Shown here piece after piece: positions 1-45,717 of a stretch of DNA of 64,000 bases; position 1 is the stretch's first letter, and every line of letters starts with the position of its first letter. Below the pieces are notes generated by a model. It was given only the letters and a program-made list of their open reading frames with translations. It did no database searches and had not been told where the DNA came from. Location of the stretch: positions 16,124,295 through 16,188,294 of the forward strand of contig NC_068984.1 of NCBI RefSeq assembly GCF_001194135.2. The letters are read 5' to 3'. The position numbers and the translations under genes are program-made. The stretch is from Octopus bimaculoides. Its lineage: Eukaryota.

Positions 1-2
1 CA

Positions 3-34
<32 letters not shown>

Positions 35-164
35 NNNNNNNNNNNNNNNNNNNNNNNNNNNNNNNNNNNNNNNNNNNNNNNNNNNNNNNNNNNNNNNNNN
101 NNNNNNNNNNNNNNNNNNNNNNNNNNNNNNNNNNNNNNNNNNNNNNNNNNNNNNNNNNNNNNNN

Positions 165-195
<31 letters not shown>

Positions 196-988
196 CACAC
201 ATGTATATATGCAGAAATGTATACACACATCTATGCAGAAATGTATACATCCATATATGCATAAACATATACATACATGCATACATAAATAAATACATGC
301 ATGCATGCATACACACATACTTACATACAAGACTACCCTGTTTGATGTCGTCGAAATTCCAATGAAAGAAACTTGTTTCCAAACTAGAAACTGACTCTTT
401 CTCCATTGGTGAGAAATTTGAAAGATAAAAACCAGCCAACCATACATTCAGCCTATAATTCTCACCCACATTATACTCTCTCTCTCTCTCTCTTTAAAAG
501 TAAATTCCTTTAAAAACAGATAATTCAAAAGAAACACAAGAAGAATGACCAAATATAGATTTTCTTTTTTTCCCCATATACAGAAGTTAATTTCAAAATC
601 TATTCCACATCAATGTACTTTTAAATTTAAAAGGATTTTTTTTCTGTTTATATATANNNNNNNNNNNNNNNNNNNNNNNNNNNNNNNNNNNNNNNNNNNN
701 NNNNNNNNNNNNNNNNNNNNNNNNNNNNNNNNNNNNNNNNNNNNNNNNNNNNNNNNNNNNNNNNNNNNNNNNNNNNNNNNNNNNNNNNNNNNNNNNNNNN
801 NNNNNNNNNNNNNNNNNNNNNNNNNNNNNNNNNNNNNNNNNNNNNNNNNNNNNNNNNNNNNNNNNNNNNNNNNNNNNNNNNNNNNNNNNNNNNNNNNNNN
901 NNNNNNNNNNNNNNNNNNNNNNNNNNNNNNNNNNNNNNNNNNNNNNNNNNNNNNNNNNNNNNNNNNNNNNNNNNNNNNNNNNNNNNNN

Positions 989-1021
<33 letters not shown>

Positions 1022-1859
1022 GCATGTATATATTTTCATTTTACAGTGAATAAACTCATGAGTTATTGGAAGAAGTAGAAAGTTTAGAAGCGAAGGGAAA
1101 AAAATATATTATCTTTAGAATTATGAGTCTGATAAGAGCTTTAGAATAAAAGTTTATAAATGAGATTCATTGTAAAAAATTTCAAGTAATGAATAGCACC
1201 AAGAGAAAGAGAATGGTTTAGGTGAGAGATTCAAACATTCTTGAATTTTGATTTATTGTATAACATTTTTCTCAAATGATGTGGTTCTAGATAAGAAATA
1301 ACCATATGGATAGGGTATCAGGCTTGTAGAACAGTCACTAATCCCTTGTGCTAATGACTCGAATACATTTATGAATACATTTTTGTCATAATGGAGATGA
1401 AACACTACAGTAATTACCATATTCACATTCAAATCTGCCAGAATATATTAAGAAAAAATATGCAAGTCATTGCTATTAAGGAGAATTCTGAGGAATTTCA
1501 ATGTAAAATATATTCTCCACTTCTAGTTGTCAGTAAAAGCCCACACGATTATCCATCTTTTTACATGATACCAGCATATAGATTACAATGTTTGTATATG
1601 TGATAGCAGTACCATTCCATATATGTGAGCAGTAAGGCGGTGAGCTGGTGGAATCGTTAGCATGCCAGGCGAAATGCTTAGTGGTATTTCGTCTGCCGTT
1701 ACATTCTGAGTTCAAATTCTGCCAAAGTCGACTTTGCCTTTCATCCTTTCAGGGTTGATTAAATAAGTATCAGTTACACACTGGGGTAGATGTAATCGAC
1801 TTAATCCCTCTGTTTGTCCCCACTGTGTTTAGCCCCCTGTGGACAATAAAGAAATATAT

Positions 1860-2060
1860 GTGAGCAGTGCTCTAACTTAGCTTGCACCAGAACTTTGTAA
1901 CAGTCAGGATATAACCAGAGCTGAACAATTTTCCAGACTAGTTTTTGAGATGTAGTGTTGGCAATATTATGTATGTGACATTGACACGAGAGATCCCTAG
2001 AGATTGTGAGGTCAAGCATTTGTAGTGACTTTAAAGGGCCATAGTTAATAGAGTTAGTGC
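1860..2060 (-). mobile_element. CR1/L2 LINE RT C-terminal fragment
   Basis: ORF 1801..2067 contains DLTISRDLSCQCHIHNIANTTSQKL...KLEHCSHI. Confidence 0.7.
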
Positions 2061-3141
2061 ATGACAATTTCCTTAATATGGGTAGCTGTTGTGTATCTGC
2101 TAAGAGAGACTAGGTATCCTATCCCTATCTGTGGATGTATTTGACAACTTTCTTCATTGAAGCAATGCACGACTAGTACAATGTACCTAGGCTGTATGTG
2201 TGAAGAATGTCTGTAAAGATATCAATGCATAACTTGGGGCTAAATTCTGTGTAGGTTTATAAGCCTTCTATAATGGTTTCTGAATTTGGAACAATACCAA
2301 CAATTTTGAAAGAAAGGGAGTTAGTCAAGACCATTGATCCCAGTACCTGCCTGGTACCATTTTTAATGGCATATAAGATGCCACTCTCGGAGTGGTTGAC
2401 TACACTCTCGGAGTGGTTGGCGTTAGGAATGGCATCCAGCCGTAGAAACTCTGCCAAATCAGATTGGAGCCTGGTGTAGCCTTCTGGTTCACCAGTCCTC
2501 AGTCAAATCATCCAACCCATGTTAGCATGGAAAGCGGACGTTAAACGATGATGATGATGATGATGATGATAAGATGCACTTTTTGGCTTTTTTAAATGCC
2601 TAAAAAATTATACCCAGTTTTGTGTGTGAAGTTGGGCCTCCCACGAAATTTAATACATTAAAAGCTTTTTTTCTTGAATATGCTACAGCTGAAATCAGGG
2701 TGTGTCTAATATGCCCCGGGCATCTTTCATGCCATCAAACATGGTACCCTATTGACCCTGGAAGGATGAACGGCAAAGCTGACCTGGGTAGAATTTGAAC
2801 TCAGAATGGAAAGAGCCAGGAAAAAATACAGAACAGCATTTTGTTTGACACAAAAATTCTGCCAGGTAGCCACCTTTTTCAAATCTACTGTAATAAATAA
2901 AAGTAATCACAGCTACCCACTCAGGTCTATCTTGCACCAAACGTTCTTCATTGGTAAAATAGTCAAAAAATAACTTCATGTTGCCATAACATCATATAAG
3001 TTCAATGTAGTTCAGAGGATATAGTTTACCATGGTCAGACATGTTTCTCTGGAAGATTGGAAATGCACAACATCACTTGTGTAACAGTGACACTTGCTTA
3101 CAACTATTGTCCAGGCAAGGAGACACAAACACCCTCCAAAT

Positions 3142-3178
<37 letters not shown>

Positions 3179-3238
3179 GTAGTTCAGAGGATATAATTAA
3201 ATAAACTCAAGAAGAATCATTGTCTTTGAAATTTTTAC

Positions 3239-35647
<32,409 letters not shown>

Positions 35648-37879
35648 TGTGTTACCATCTGCAGAAAGATGAATGAGATCAAGTTATTGAAAGTCTTGCA
35701 AGTCGAATTCAAAGCAAGCTAGAGTGTGAGCCGCCCGGGGAAGCCCCTGAGTTTGCTCATCCCTAAAATCATGGCCCAAGTTTATTTAGGCTTATACAGA
35801 TGGAGAAAGGGAGAAAATGGAGAGAGATGTAGACATATACATTTATATATACTTATAAACAAATATCCAATCACGCACATACGTTCATTAAAGTTTTACT
35901 TTTTAGCTGTAGATTTACCCAATTAACGATATAAGCATTAAAACAACGCACTCTAAGAGATCTCATCTTTCTGTGGATGATGCAATCAGGGACAAATGCA
36001 ATGGTTTGGAACCATTTAACATCCGGAAGGGATGTTTTTTTCGCAGCTGAAATATATGATTCATTAGGCTCATTCATTCTAAATTCACTCCGGGGAAGAT
36101 TAGATCCATTAAAACAAGGTGGAGGAGGAAGTGATTATAGAAATGATTATCTCTTCAAAATGTTTAAGGTGACTGGTTAACTCTCGTAAAATGAATGTTC
36201 ACATACTAGATAGGCTTAGAAGAGTTCCAATTGGTTCATTCATAAATGCTAGTACTAACTTTAAAACTGTTAACTCTTCAGCTATTATTTCAAATTTAAG
36301 CTGTGAGTAATATAGCTCATACGGAAAATCAAACGAACGCATATTGAGAGAGGCACTCTCTTGTATATTTTAAAGATATAGTTAGTAATATTATAAAGTG
36401 TTATGTTTTATATCAACTAAGACTCTTAAACCCGTGCTGACAACTATTATAACAACTCACTCAAAGGGAACAGTTTTAAAGAAAAAAATACATTACATCC
36501 AACGATAGAACATTACAAATACAATCAACACTAGCAAACGAAATGTCGTGTGGTTTAACCCACTCTTTACTTTAAACACTGGTTCTATCATCGTCGGATC
36601 TTTTCTAAATTTAATAAAAGTGTTTCTCGAGAGATATCATAAGTTCTACATGATCTCCACTAAAATTAATGTTGCAGTTAGTTACAGTTGCGCTGATCAT
36701 TTTGTTGTCTCTTTAACAAAATTCAATATAAAGTCGACAGCCCCCTCCCACCATGCAGCTGTTATAGCACCCAATATTTGCCATTGGACAGTAAATGTCT
36801 TAGAGAAAATGAATGTAAAATATTATACGAATGTCTTAAATAAAAATGATGAGGATGCGGAAAAGAAAAAAAGATTACGAAGTATAACTGTAAATACCTC
36901 TAAAATAAGATATTATCAGCTCCTATTCCTTTTGACATTGACAAAAATCGACACTAAGGTAGGAGCTAACTGCAAATGAGAATATCAATCAGGTAAAGAA
37001 GTTCAAAATGTTATGTTATCGAAATGGTCTTTCGACGAAGCTGTTATAGTCATTTCAAGTGAATGAGAAAACGTTAATGAGAATGGAAGAAATAGAAAAG
37101 TTTATAAGCAGATTGCTACGAAAGTAGCTTGGTCTCACGCCATGTTTAATTTAAATTGGATTCCATAATGATACTACGAAACTCTTTCTGCCATCAATAC
37201 AGCTGGTGTAGGGGATTCTGTGGAATGATTATCATTGATAAGAAAGCTCAGAATGAAAGGTCCTGATGGAATTAAGGCTGGAAATGAAACGGTAGATTTG
37301 AGCTGTGCAGGACACATAGACCGGATTTGGACGGATAGAGAACAAATGGATATTAATAACATACTTCCGGTAGAGGTGGAATGTTGAGAACATCTAAGGA
37401 TTGGAGAACTGGAGAGGAAAACTGACGATACTTATTAGTGGCAGAAGTGTATACCAGTAAGACATAAAGAGTGAAGGACAAATCCTTATAAAGTAGTAAA
37501 GCAAAATAGCTGTGGCAGCTGCTCCTGTTTTGGTATGGTGCTTTGATAGATAACCAGAGAGGTACAGGTGGAGCATTCTTGATACTGTTGGAAGGGGTCG
37601 AAATTTGTCTTACCTCCACTCAAAAACCAATGAAAGGAATGTCTCGATCTGTGTATGTGTGTGTGTGTGTGTGTCTGTGTATGCATCTAACTCCTTGCTA
37701 CGCATACACGGTAAATCTCGAAGCTTCCCCCTTCCATTACACTAATCTCACCATTATGCACACATAAATATCAAAGCCACTTGCTTTGCCATTCTCCCTT
37801 TCATTTCACTTTAACGATGTAACCAAGAGCTAATCTCTATTCTCACCAAACCTTTCAATTTCTCCCCTCTCAGTCACAC

Positions 37880-38880
37880 ATATATCCAGATTTATGGTAA
37901 CACGCTATGGTGTGTACTGTTCGGAAAAAGGGCAACCTCTCTGATCCTGCCAATTATCACCCTATTACATTCACTTTCAGTGTCTCAAAGATAATAGAAA
38001 CTTTCATTAAGAACAACCTTTTGGAATCCTTTTTTCTCTCTTTAATGACCATCAGTAAGGCCTTCTAAAAGCCAGATCTATTGGAGACTTACTCCCTTAT
38101 CTCATTCACCAGTGAGTTCTCACCCAGTTGGTGTAACTGTGTTATTGTGCTCAGCATCAGCAAAGCATTCGATCATAGCTGGTTCACAAGTTTCCTTGAA
38201 ACTGCTTAACCTAAGGGCTCTATCCGTCTCGTCACTTGGATTAGTGATTTCTAGTTAGATTGCACCGCCACAGTATGTACAGACAGAGCTCTCTTTGTCC
38301 CTCTCTTCTCTCCATAAATTCTGGCATGCTGGAAGGTTTAATCCCAGACCTTTATGCTTTGTCCTGTACCTCAACGATCTACTTACCGTCACGTTTAACA
38401 ATACCCTTCATTCTTTCCTGACATTCTACACCCAAGCACCGTTAACATACGACTTAGACATCCCTGGCCAAATCTGAACTGGCTCTTGAAACTGGGACTT
38501 CGGAAATATCCTTCAGTGAAGTCATACTAATCGTTCCATTCAATAGTGCAGAGATACCATCACGTGACATATCAAAACAACATCACATCTACCCACCTAA
38601 TCAACACAGGACCAACATAGCATAAACTAGGAAATTCAAGGTCGCACAAAAGATATCCCCTACCCACAACCGTCACTGAGGATCTTCACGGGAAATTATT
38701 CATCCTTAACATTGCAAAAACTGCATCACAAAACTGGCCTTCATAATCAGCTCCAGAAAATAGTTCACTTTCCAACAACTGCTAACCGTCTACAAAGGTC
38801 AGATGAGACTTGTGTTGCTACACACACACATATCTTAGATCACATTCAAAGAAAGGACACCCAATAGACTGACATAGAGT
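37880..38880 (+). mobile_element. Highly decayed CR1/L2-type LINE RT fragment
   Basis: KKGNLSDPANYHPIT...SKIIE...DHQ*G...ISKAFD...FVLYLNDLL motifs, with many stops and frameshifts. Confidence 0.75.
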
Positions 38881-39451
38881 TGTAGCAGACGTGATTTTCA
38901 CTGTCATGGTGTGAGGTGTTTTCGTTTTTCTCGTCTAAGCTTAAATACCCGTAAAACGGCTTCTCAAGCCCTTTACGTTCCAGCGGTCACATAACCTCGT
39001 GATTAAACGAACTTGTTGTTTGTATTGGTCGGTTCCCAGCCGTCCAATCGCGTTGGTACAACAGTTTATTTTACCTTACGCGGAAATTAACCACTAGCTT
39101 CTGAGAGCCTGCTATTCTGTATAAGAAGGACAGTTTTCGACTGTCCGAGGTCTTTGGCACTCGCCACTGACCTCACACGCATCTCATCTCCAGCAACGAT
39201 GTCCTGACACCAGCCAGTCTCCGCTCTCATCATCTCCACCAGATGCCTGTCTATATTATTGCTGTATGAAGACCACACGACCAACAGACCAAATATCGCC
39301 TCTACACACCAACAGTACGTCAACTGTGTCTACAATATCGGCAGTCCAGCCTAACTAAGAAGTTCTCTCACATCTTTGTAATAACCTGTTAATTCATGTA
39401 TGGCAGTCATTGTATTTTATAACGGAGAATAAAACATCGCTTACCAGTTCA

Positions 39452-39679
39452 GGATCTTTTCCCTTTGGCCGGCACATTTAAAAAATAATTTTTTGTAACT
39501 AAACACTTTCAAAATTCGTATACTGGTAGAATGTGTCACATAAAACATCATTTACTCTTGGCGTTTTTGAGAAAATTGTGTATTTTCGAAGTTATTTCGT
39601 GTTAAAGTCGTCGTATTTCGGTAATTTCAACCAAACAAAAAATGAATTTCTCGATATGCCGTTCAAAGGGAAAAGATCC
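39452..39679. mobile_element. MITE with 23-bp TIRs
   Basis: GGATCTTTTCCCTTTGGCCGGCA / TGCCGTTCAAAGGGAAAAGATCC (21/23 match); no clear TSD. Confidence 0.65.
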
Positions 39680-42600
39680 AACATTTCTGTTATAGAGTTG
39701 TGCACCAACAACATACTAGTCTATTATTCACAAGCATACTGTCGCGCCCTCTGCCTTTTCTACTGCTACTACAGTGTTCTTTGTTCCTTAGAACCGGTTG
39801 GTCTCGAACCACCCTATTTAGGTACTCTCGACTCGCTCGATGTTCATCGTCATCACCTATACTGTATCCATCATTAACACCCGCCACAACAACGACAACG
39901 ATGATAACAACGACGACAAAGATGACGACGATGATTACCACCACATCCCCAACAAACACCAGCATGAGGTTCCTTATTGATTTTACATCTAGCCCTTCCT
40001 TACCGAGCCTCTGGAATATCTTACTTCACATGTTTTTCCGGTTGCCGCCAACTTGTAACTGTCCAAGTGGAACGTTATTGACCAAATCGATTTCATTAGA
40101 CTNNNNNNNNNNNNNNNNNNNNNNNNNNNNNNNNNNNNNNNNNNNNNNNNNNNNNNNNNNNNNNNNNNNNNNNNNNNNNNNNNNNNNNNNNNNNNNNNNN
40201 NNNNNNNNNNNNNNNNNNNNNNNNNNNNNNNNNNNNNNNNNNNNNNNNNNNNNNNNNNNNNNNNNNNNNNNNNNNNNNNNNNNNNNNNNNNNNNNNNNNN
40301 NNNNNNNNNNNNNNNNNNNNNNNNNNNNNGTTCAATGTCCGGAGTTTTATCCACGCATGCGCAGGGACTAGTTCCGGAAGGAATACAGGAAGAGTCTCAT
40401 GCGCATGCGTAGAGTTCGACACCCAGCTTTGGTGCCTTTTCTCAGTCTCTTCGTTGACTGATCTCCGTCGAGCCAAGACGTCCAACAGAGCTCTCTCACA
40501 TGTCAGCACCAGAGCTTCACAAATAACCACGGAAATCATTCAGAAGGCGTCTCAGTAACCGAGGGCAACGAGCTACCGAATTCCCTCCAAGCGTGAACTG
40601 AATTCCACTGTAAATAAATATTGTTATGTTGTTCAGAATCTGCGTTCCGTTGTTTCTTCTAGAAATTTAATGTACGGAAGCGGTGTACACCTAATGGTGT
40701 ATAACCACTTCCCTACAAGAGTTTCCTGAACTTTCAACGGAAAAGACTACAAAAAGTTTCTTACGAAACTTATTGAGCCGATCTCAATGGTTCTCAAGTC
40801 CGGTGTTCGTTTATCAGTTCATTCCGGCTTCCTTCAGAGCCCCACTGCTCACCCTAAACCAGGTTGCACCTAATTAAGTTCTTCTTTGAGTAACTTAGTA
40901 ACATCAGGTCGTTTAAAATAAACCCCTCTCTCTCTTTCTCATAATATTATTTGAATCCCGGCTAAGAAACCACATGAAGTGTTAACTGTCTCTCATTAAG
41001 ATCTTCCAATAACAGCGTGTTTGTATTTATCCATCCCCCAAGTCCTGACATGTTCCAGTTTAAAGTAGATTGTTTTATACATTTATTTACTTTTATATAT
41101 TCGTTTTGTTTTGTTTTGTTTATTTGTTCCCAAGTCAACTGCATCTTAGAATCGGTATGTTACTAAGGTTTCAATCTTGGCAATGTTCCCTTTTTTTTTT
41201 TTATCGTTTGCTTCATTAAATATGAAATGTCTCGATAGGAAGGCATGAATGGTTAGTCATTAATCACCTCTAATGATCTAAATGTATGTATGTATGTATG
41301 TATTTCCATGAGCCAGTATGTTATATAATACAAATATACATGTATTCTGTAGATGCTTATGTTTTACAAAACTCTTCTGTGTATGCATGCGGCTACATTG
41401 ACCTTCTAAGATTTCTATGTTGTATGTAAGTCTAAATGTGTATGTGTGTGATTCAGCGTGCGTACATATGTATACATATAAGTATGCATATGTGTATATA
41501 CGCTAGCGTAGCTAGAGTGTATNNNNNNNNNNNNNNNNNNNNNNNNNNNNNNNNNNNNNNNNNNNNNNNNNNNNNNNNNNNNNNNNNNNNNNNNNNNNNN
41601 NNNNNNNNNNNNNNNNNNNNNNNNNNNNNNNNNNNNNNNNNNNNNNNNNNNNNNNNNNNNNNNNNNNNNNNNNNNNNNNNNNNNNNNNNNNNNNNNNNNN
41701 NNNNNNNNNNNNNNNNNNNNNNNNNNNNNNNNNNNNNNNNNNNNNNNNNNNNNNNNNNNNNNNNNNNNNNNNNNNNNNNNNNNNNNNNNNNNNNNNNNNN
41801 NNNNNNNNNNNNNNNNNNNNNNNNNNNNNNNNNNNNNNNNNNNNNNNNNNNNNNNNNNNNNNNNNNNNNNNNNNNNNNNNNNNNNNNNNNNNNNNNNNNN
41901 NNNNNNNNNNNNNNNNNNNNNNNNNNNNNNNNNNNNNNNNNNNNNNNNNNNNNNNNNNNNNNNNNNNNNNNNNNNNNNNCATACATACATACATACATAC
42001 ACACATACATACACACACACATACATACATACATACATACATACACACATACATACATACATAACATACATACATAATACATTCATACATACATACACAC
42101 ACACACACATACATACATACATACATACATACATACACACGTCTCGATATATGTATCTTACTGGTTTTAGTCATTGCACTACGGTCGTGCTAGGGAACCG
42201 CATTTAAGGGTTTAGTAAAACAAAAAATCCCATTATTTAATATTCTAAAGCGAAGTACTTCTTTTATTAGTATCTTTTGCTGAATTGCTAAGTTACGCGG
42301 ACTTCAACAAATCAACAGCAGTTGTCAAGCGGTGGAGAGGAACAAACACAAACACAAAGCCACACGCACATAGAGACGGACTTCCGTCTACCGAGCCCAC
42401 TCACAAGACTTTGGTTGTCCCGGAACTATAGAAGACACTTGCTCTAGGTTCTACGCAATGGGAGTGAGCCAGGAACAATGTGGGTGCTTCACCAGATGTA
42501 ATACTCGGACATATCGTCAGTGTTTGTATCCTGGGGTCATGGAGTGTTTTGGGTCTTACGCCATACACCATAACCTAAGTGAGCTGAACTAAGGTGATCA

Positions 42601-42979
42601 AATATAAGCTGGTTGTGTCCGAAGAAGTAGTACGCTACTGACCCCACCTGTCACCAGTTTTTAGCTAGTCATCTAGATCCATTCTCAGCGTTGCTTTTGA
42701 TAAGCTCTTCCTCTGTTCATTGCTACAATACCCTCGGCTCCACAATCCTTAGTGTGGGAACAACCTGCAAATGGCTGACTGCCCACCTTTATTTGACGTG
42801 ACACACTCATATATATATGTACATGTATGCATCTATATATAATGCATATATATATGAGTATGTGTATATATATATATGGGTGAGTATACATATGTATACA
42901 TATGTATTTAGCGGTCGCCATGATTGATCTACAAGTGTTTTTTTTGTTTTTATTCCTCTCTGTTTATTTCCTCGTGTGC

Positions 42980-43015
42980 CTTTCTGTTGAAGGGCGTAAG
43001 CTCGAAACGTAAAAT
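42980..43015 (+). ncRNA. Variant minimal hammerhead-like motif (CUGUUGA core), copy 1 of a (TA)n-associated repeat
   Basis: CTTT-CTGTTGA-A-GGGC(GTAA)GCTC-GAAA-CG-TA-AAAT. Confidence 0.5.
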
Positions 43016-43569
43016 ACTTTCTCACCTTCCCGAGCGTCAAACTAATACACCTGCTTGTTGTTTATACACCTGTCTTCGTCTTTTGTTTTTCTGTAAATTT
43101 CAACTAATATATATGTATATATATATATATATATATNNNNNNNNNNNNNNNNNNNNNNNNNNNNNNNNNNNNNNNNNNNNNNNNNNNNNNNNNNNNNNNN
43201 NNNNNNNNNNNNNNNNNNNNNNNNNNNNNNNNNNNNNNNNNNNNNNNNNNNNNNNNNNNNNNNNNNNNNNNNNNNNNNNNNNNNNNNNNNNNNNNNNNNN
43301 NNNNNNNNNNNNNNNNNNNNNNNNNNNNNNNNNNNNNNNNNNNNNNNNNNNNNNNNNNNNNNNNNNNNNNNNNNNNNNNNNNNNNNNNNNNNNNNNNNNN
43401 NNNNNNNNNNNNNNNNNNNNNNNNNNNNNNNNNNNNNNNNNNNNNNNNNNNNNNNTATATAATAATATAGATTTAATCAAAAGATTAAATGTGGTACTTA
43501 AAATGTTTGAGGCACCAGAATTTGGTAGGATAAAAACCAAAAACAAAATCAAGAGATTTGGTGAATAAA

Positions 43570-43935
43570 ATTTGAAGCTAAGCAACAAAAATTCAATAGG
43601 TTATAGCAGTACGTACGTTTCGTACAAGCTCCATTTATTCATGTAGTGAGAACACCACAGAAAATACAATGGAAATGTACTCCTCAGCTGCATAATGGAA
43701 TTTCATTTTAGAAAGTCAGTTTGAAGATGTTTGCAAAAAGATGTGTTTTCTTCTCTTACTCTTGTTTTTTGCAAACATTTTCAAACTGACTTTCTAAAAT
43801 GAAATTCCATTATGCAGCTGAGGAGTACATTTTCATTGTATTTTCTGTGGTGTTCTCACTACATGAATAAATGGAGCTTGTACCAAACGTACGTACTGCT
43901 ATAACCTATTGAATTTTTGTTGCTTATCTTCAAAT
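43570..43935. repeat. Long palindrome: ~170-bp inverted arms with a 26-nt spacer
   Basis: 43570-43739 is the near-perfect reverse complement of 43766-43935. Confidence 0.9.
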
Positions 43936-43959
43936 ATATATATATGTGTGTGTGTGTGT

Positions 43960-44902
43960 GTTAGCAAAGACGTGTGTGGTTCAGCATTGTCATGGTGGAA
44001 AACGATTCCTTTACAATTTGTCAATTCTGACCATTTTTCTTTGATTTCTTCCTCCAGTTTTATTAGTTGTTGACAGTAAGCATCTGAATTGATCGTTTGG
44101 TTCCTTGGAAGCGGTTCAAAATACACAACACGTTTATAATCCCATCAAATTGGCAGCATGACCTTTTTTTATGAAATTCAGCTTTTGATGTGGTTTGGGC
44201 TAGTTCATTACGCTTGGACCATGATCGTTTTCGATTGATATTATTGTAGACGATCCATTTTTCATCTCCAGTGATGATTCGTTTCGAAGAAAGGTCGATT
44301 TCAATACGTTTGAGATGCAAATCGCAAATATTGATTCGTTGTGTTCAGTGAATCTCTTTCAATTTATGTGGAATCCAAATATCGAGCTTCTTAACGAGTT
44401 CAAGACATTTTAAGTGATTTTCAGTTGTTGTGTGCGATACATTTAACATCTCTGTAATCTCCCGTACAGTTATATGACAATCAGATTCAATTATGGCTTT
44501 GATTCGGTTATCATCAATTTCAGAGGTCAACCAGGACGTTGGTCATCTTTGAGGGAAAAATATCCAGAACGGAAATTTTAAAACCATTTTTGACATGTGC
44601 GTTCTGTTAAGAAATCAACACCAAAGCTTCACATATCTCTTTGTGAGTTTCAGCAGTTTTCTTGCCCTGACGGAAATAAAAAAGCAAAATATGGCGAAAA
44701 GTTTCGTTTTTGCTCGCCATGTTAAAATTGACACTGAAGTAACAGCTGTAAACAAAATTACGCGCAATTTGCTTCTAAAGTAAGCTAAAAGTAACGGTTA
44801 TCAAATGTCAAAAGGAAAAATTACAACATTGACAAAAGTCATTTAAAAAATCGTTAACTCCATCTACTTGCGAAAAACGAAATTACTTTCTTGCCAACTC
44901 AT
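43960..44902 (-). mobile_element. 3'-truncated mariner transposase pseudogene with 5' TIR
   Basis: ORFs 44345-44530 (HTH, ...KKLDIWIPHKL), 44063-44320 (IITGDEKWIVY) and 43899-44126 (IVFHHDNAEPH) are frameshifted. TIR GAGTTGGCAAGAAAGTAATTTCGTTTT resembles mariner ITRs. Confidence 0.92.
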
Positions 44903-45717
44903 ATATATATANNNNNNNNNNNNNNNNNNNNNNNNNNNNNNNNNNNNNNNNNNNNNNNNNNNNNNNNNNNNNNNNNNNNNNNNNNNNNNNNNNNNNNNNN
45001 NNNNNNNNNNNNNNNNNNNNNNNNNNNNNNNNNNNNNNNNNNNNNNNNNNNNNNNNNNNNNNNNNNNNNNNNNNNNNNNNNNNNNNNNNNNNNNNNGAGT
45101 CAGAGACAAAAGAAAGAAAAAAGATAAAACTGTATGGGGTTTTAGGAATCAAGTGTGAGTGTGGTTCTATGGGGGAAAAATTAAGAAGGGACATAGGGTG
45201 GGTGTACAAACTTGTACACACATCATATTCGTATATATGGGAAACAGCTTCTCTTTTATAAATATTTCATTATAAATGCGAACATCCATGTTTTTGTTAA
45301 GAATATTTCGTATTTCCATATAAGTACTTTACTTACAGTATTTATTATATCGATCTTAGAAGAATTAAAGACCAGCCAATCCTGTTCTGAACTAGATATG
45401 GTAAAACATGTTTTGCTGTTTTTACAACATAACTAATAAACAATGCAAACTAATAATATAACTAATGATATATATATGATTTATCGTAAACCAGCTCTGT
45501 TATTTCCTGCTGTGGCCTTCTTCTAATGATGTATCGACTGGCAATCATCGAAAGTCGATCCTGTGAAAAAACTGAGATTTAAATTATATTTTTTACGATT
45601 TAAAATAGGGTCAGCAAACCATGGTTAGCAAATAAAATTCTGTTAACTGACGATTTTATTGAATATGGCTGACATGCTTAAAGTTAAGTATAACTAAGAA
45701 GAAAAGCAATTCAAAAT

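Noticed and set aside
2187-2210. 24-nt minus-strand microexon candidate after exon 16
   Set aside because: Exon 16 ends in phase 0, and in that phase this segment contains TAG.
2749-2979. ORF MKLFFDYFTNEERLVQDRPEW... as the next exon
   Set aside because: No convincing acceptor/donor pair in phase 0, no domain motif, and the ORF runs into a SINE-A copy.
36548-36979. 143-aa plus-strand ORF
   Set aside because: Low-information AT-rich translation with no motif and no convincing splice signals.
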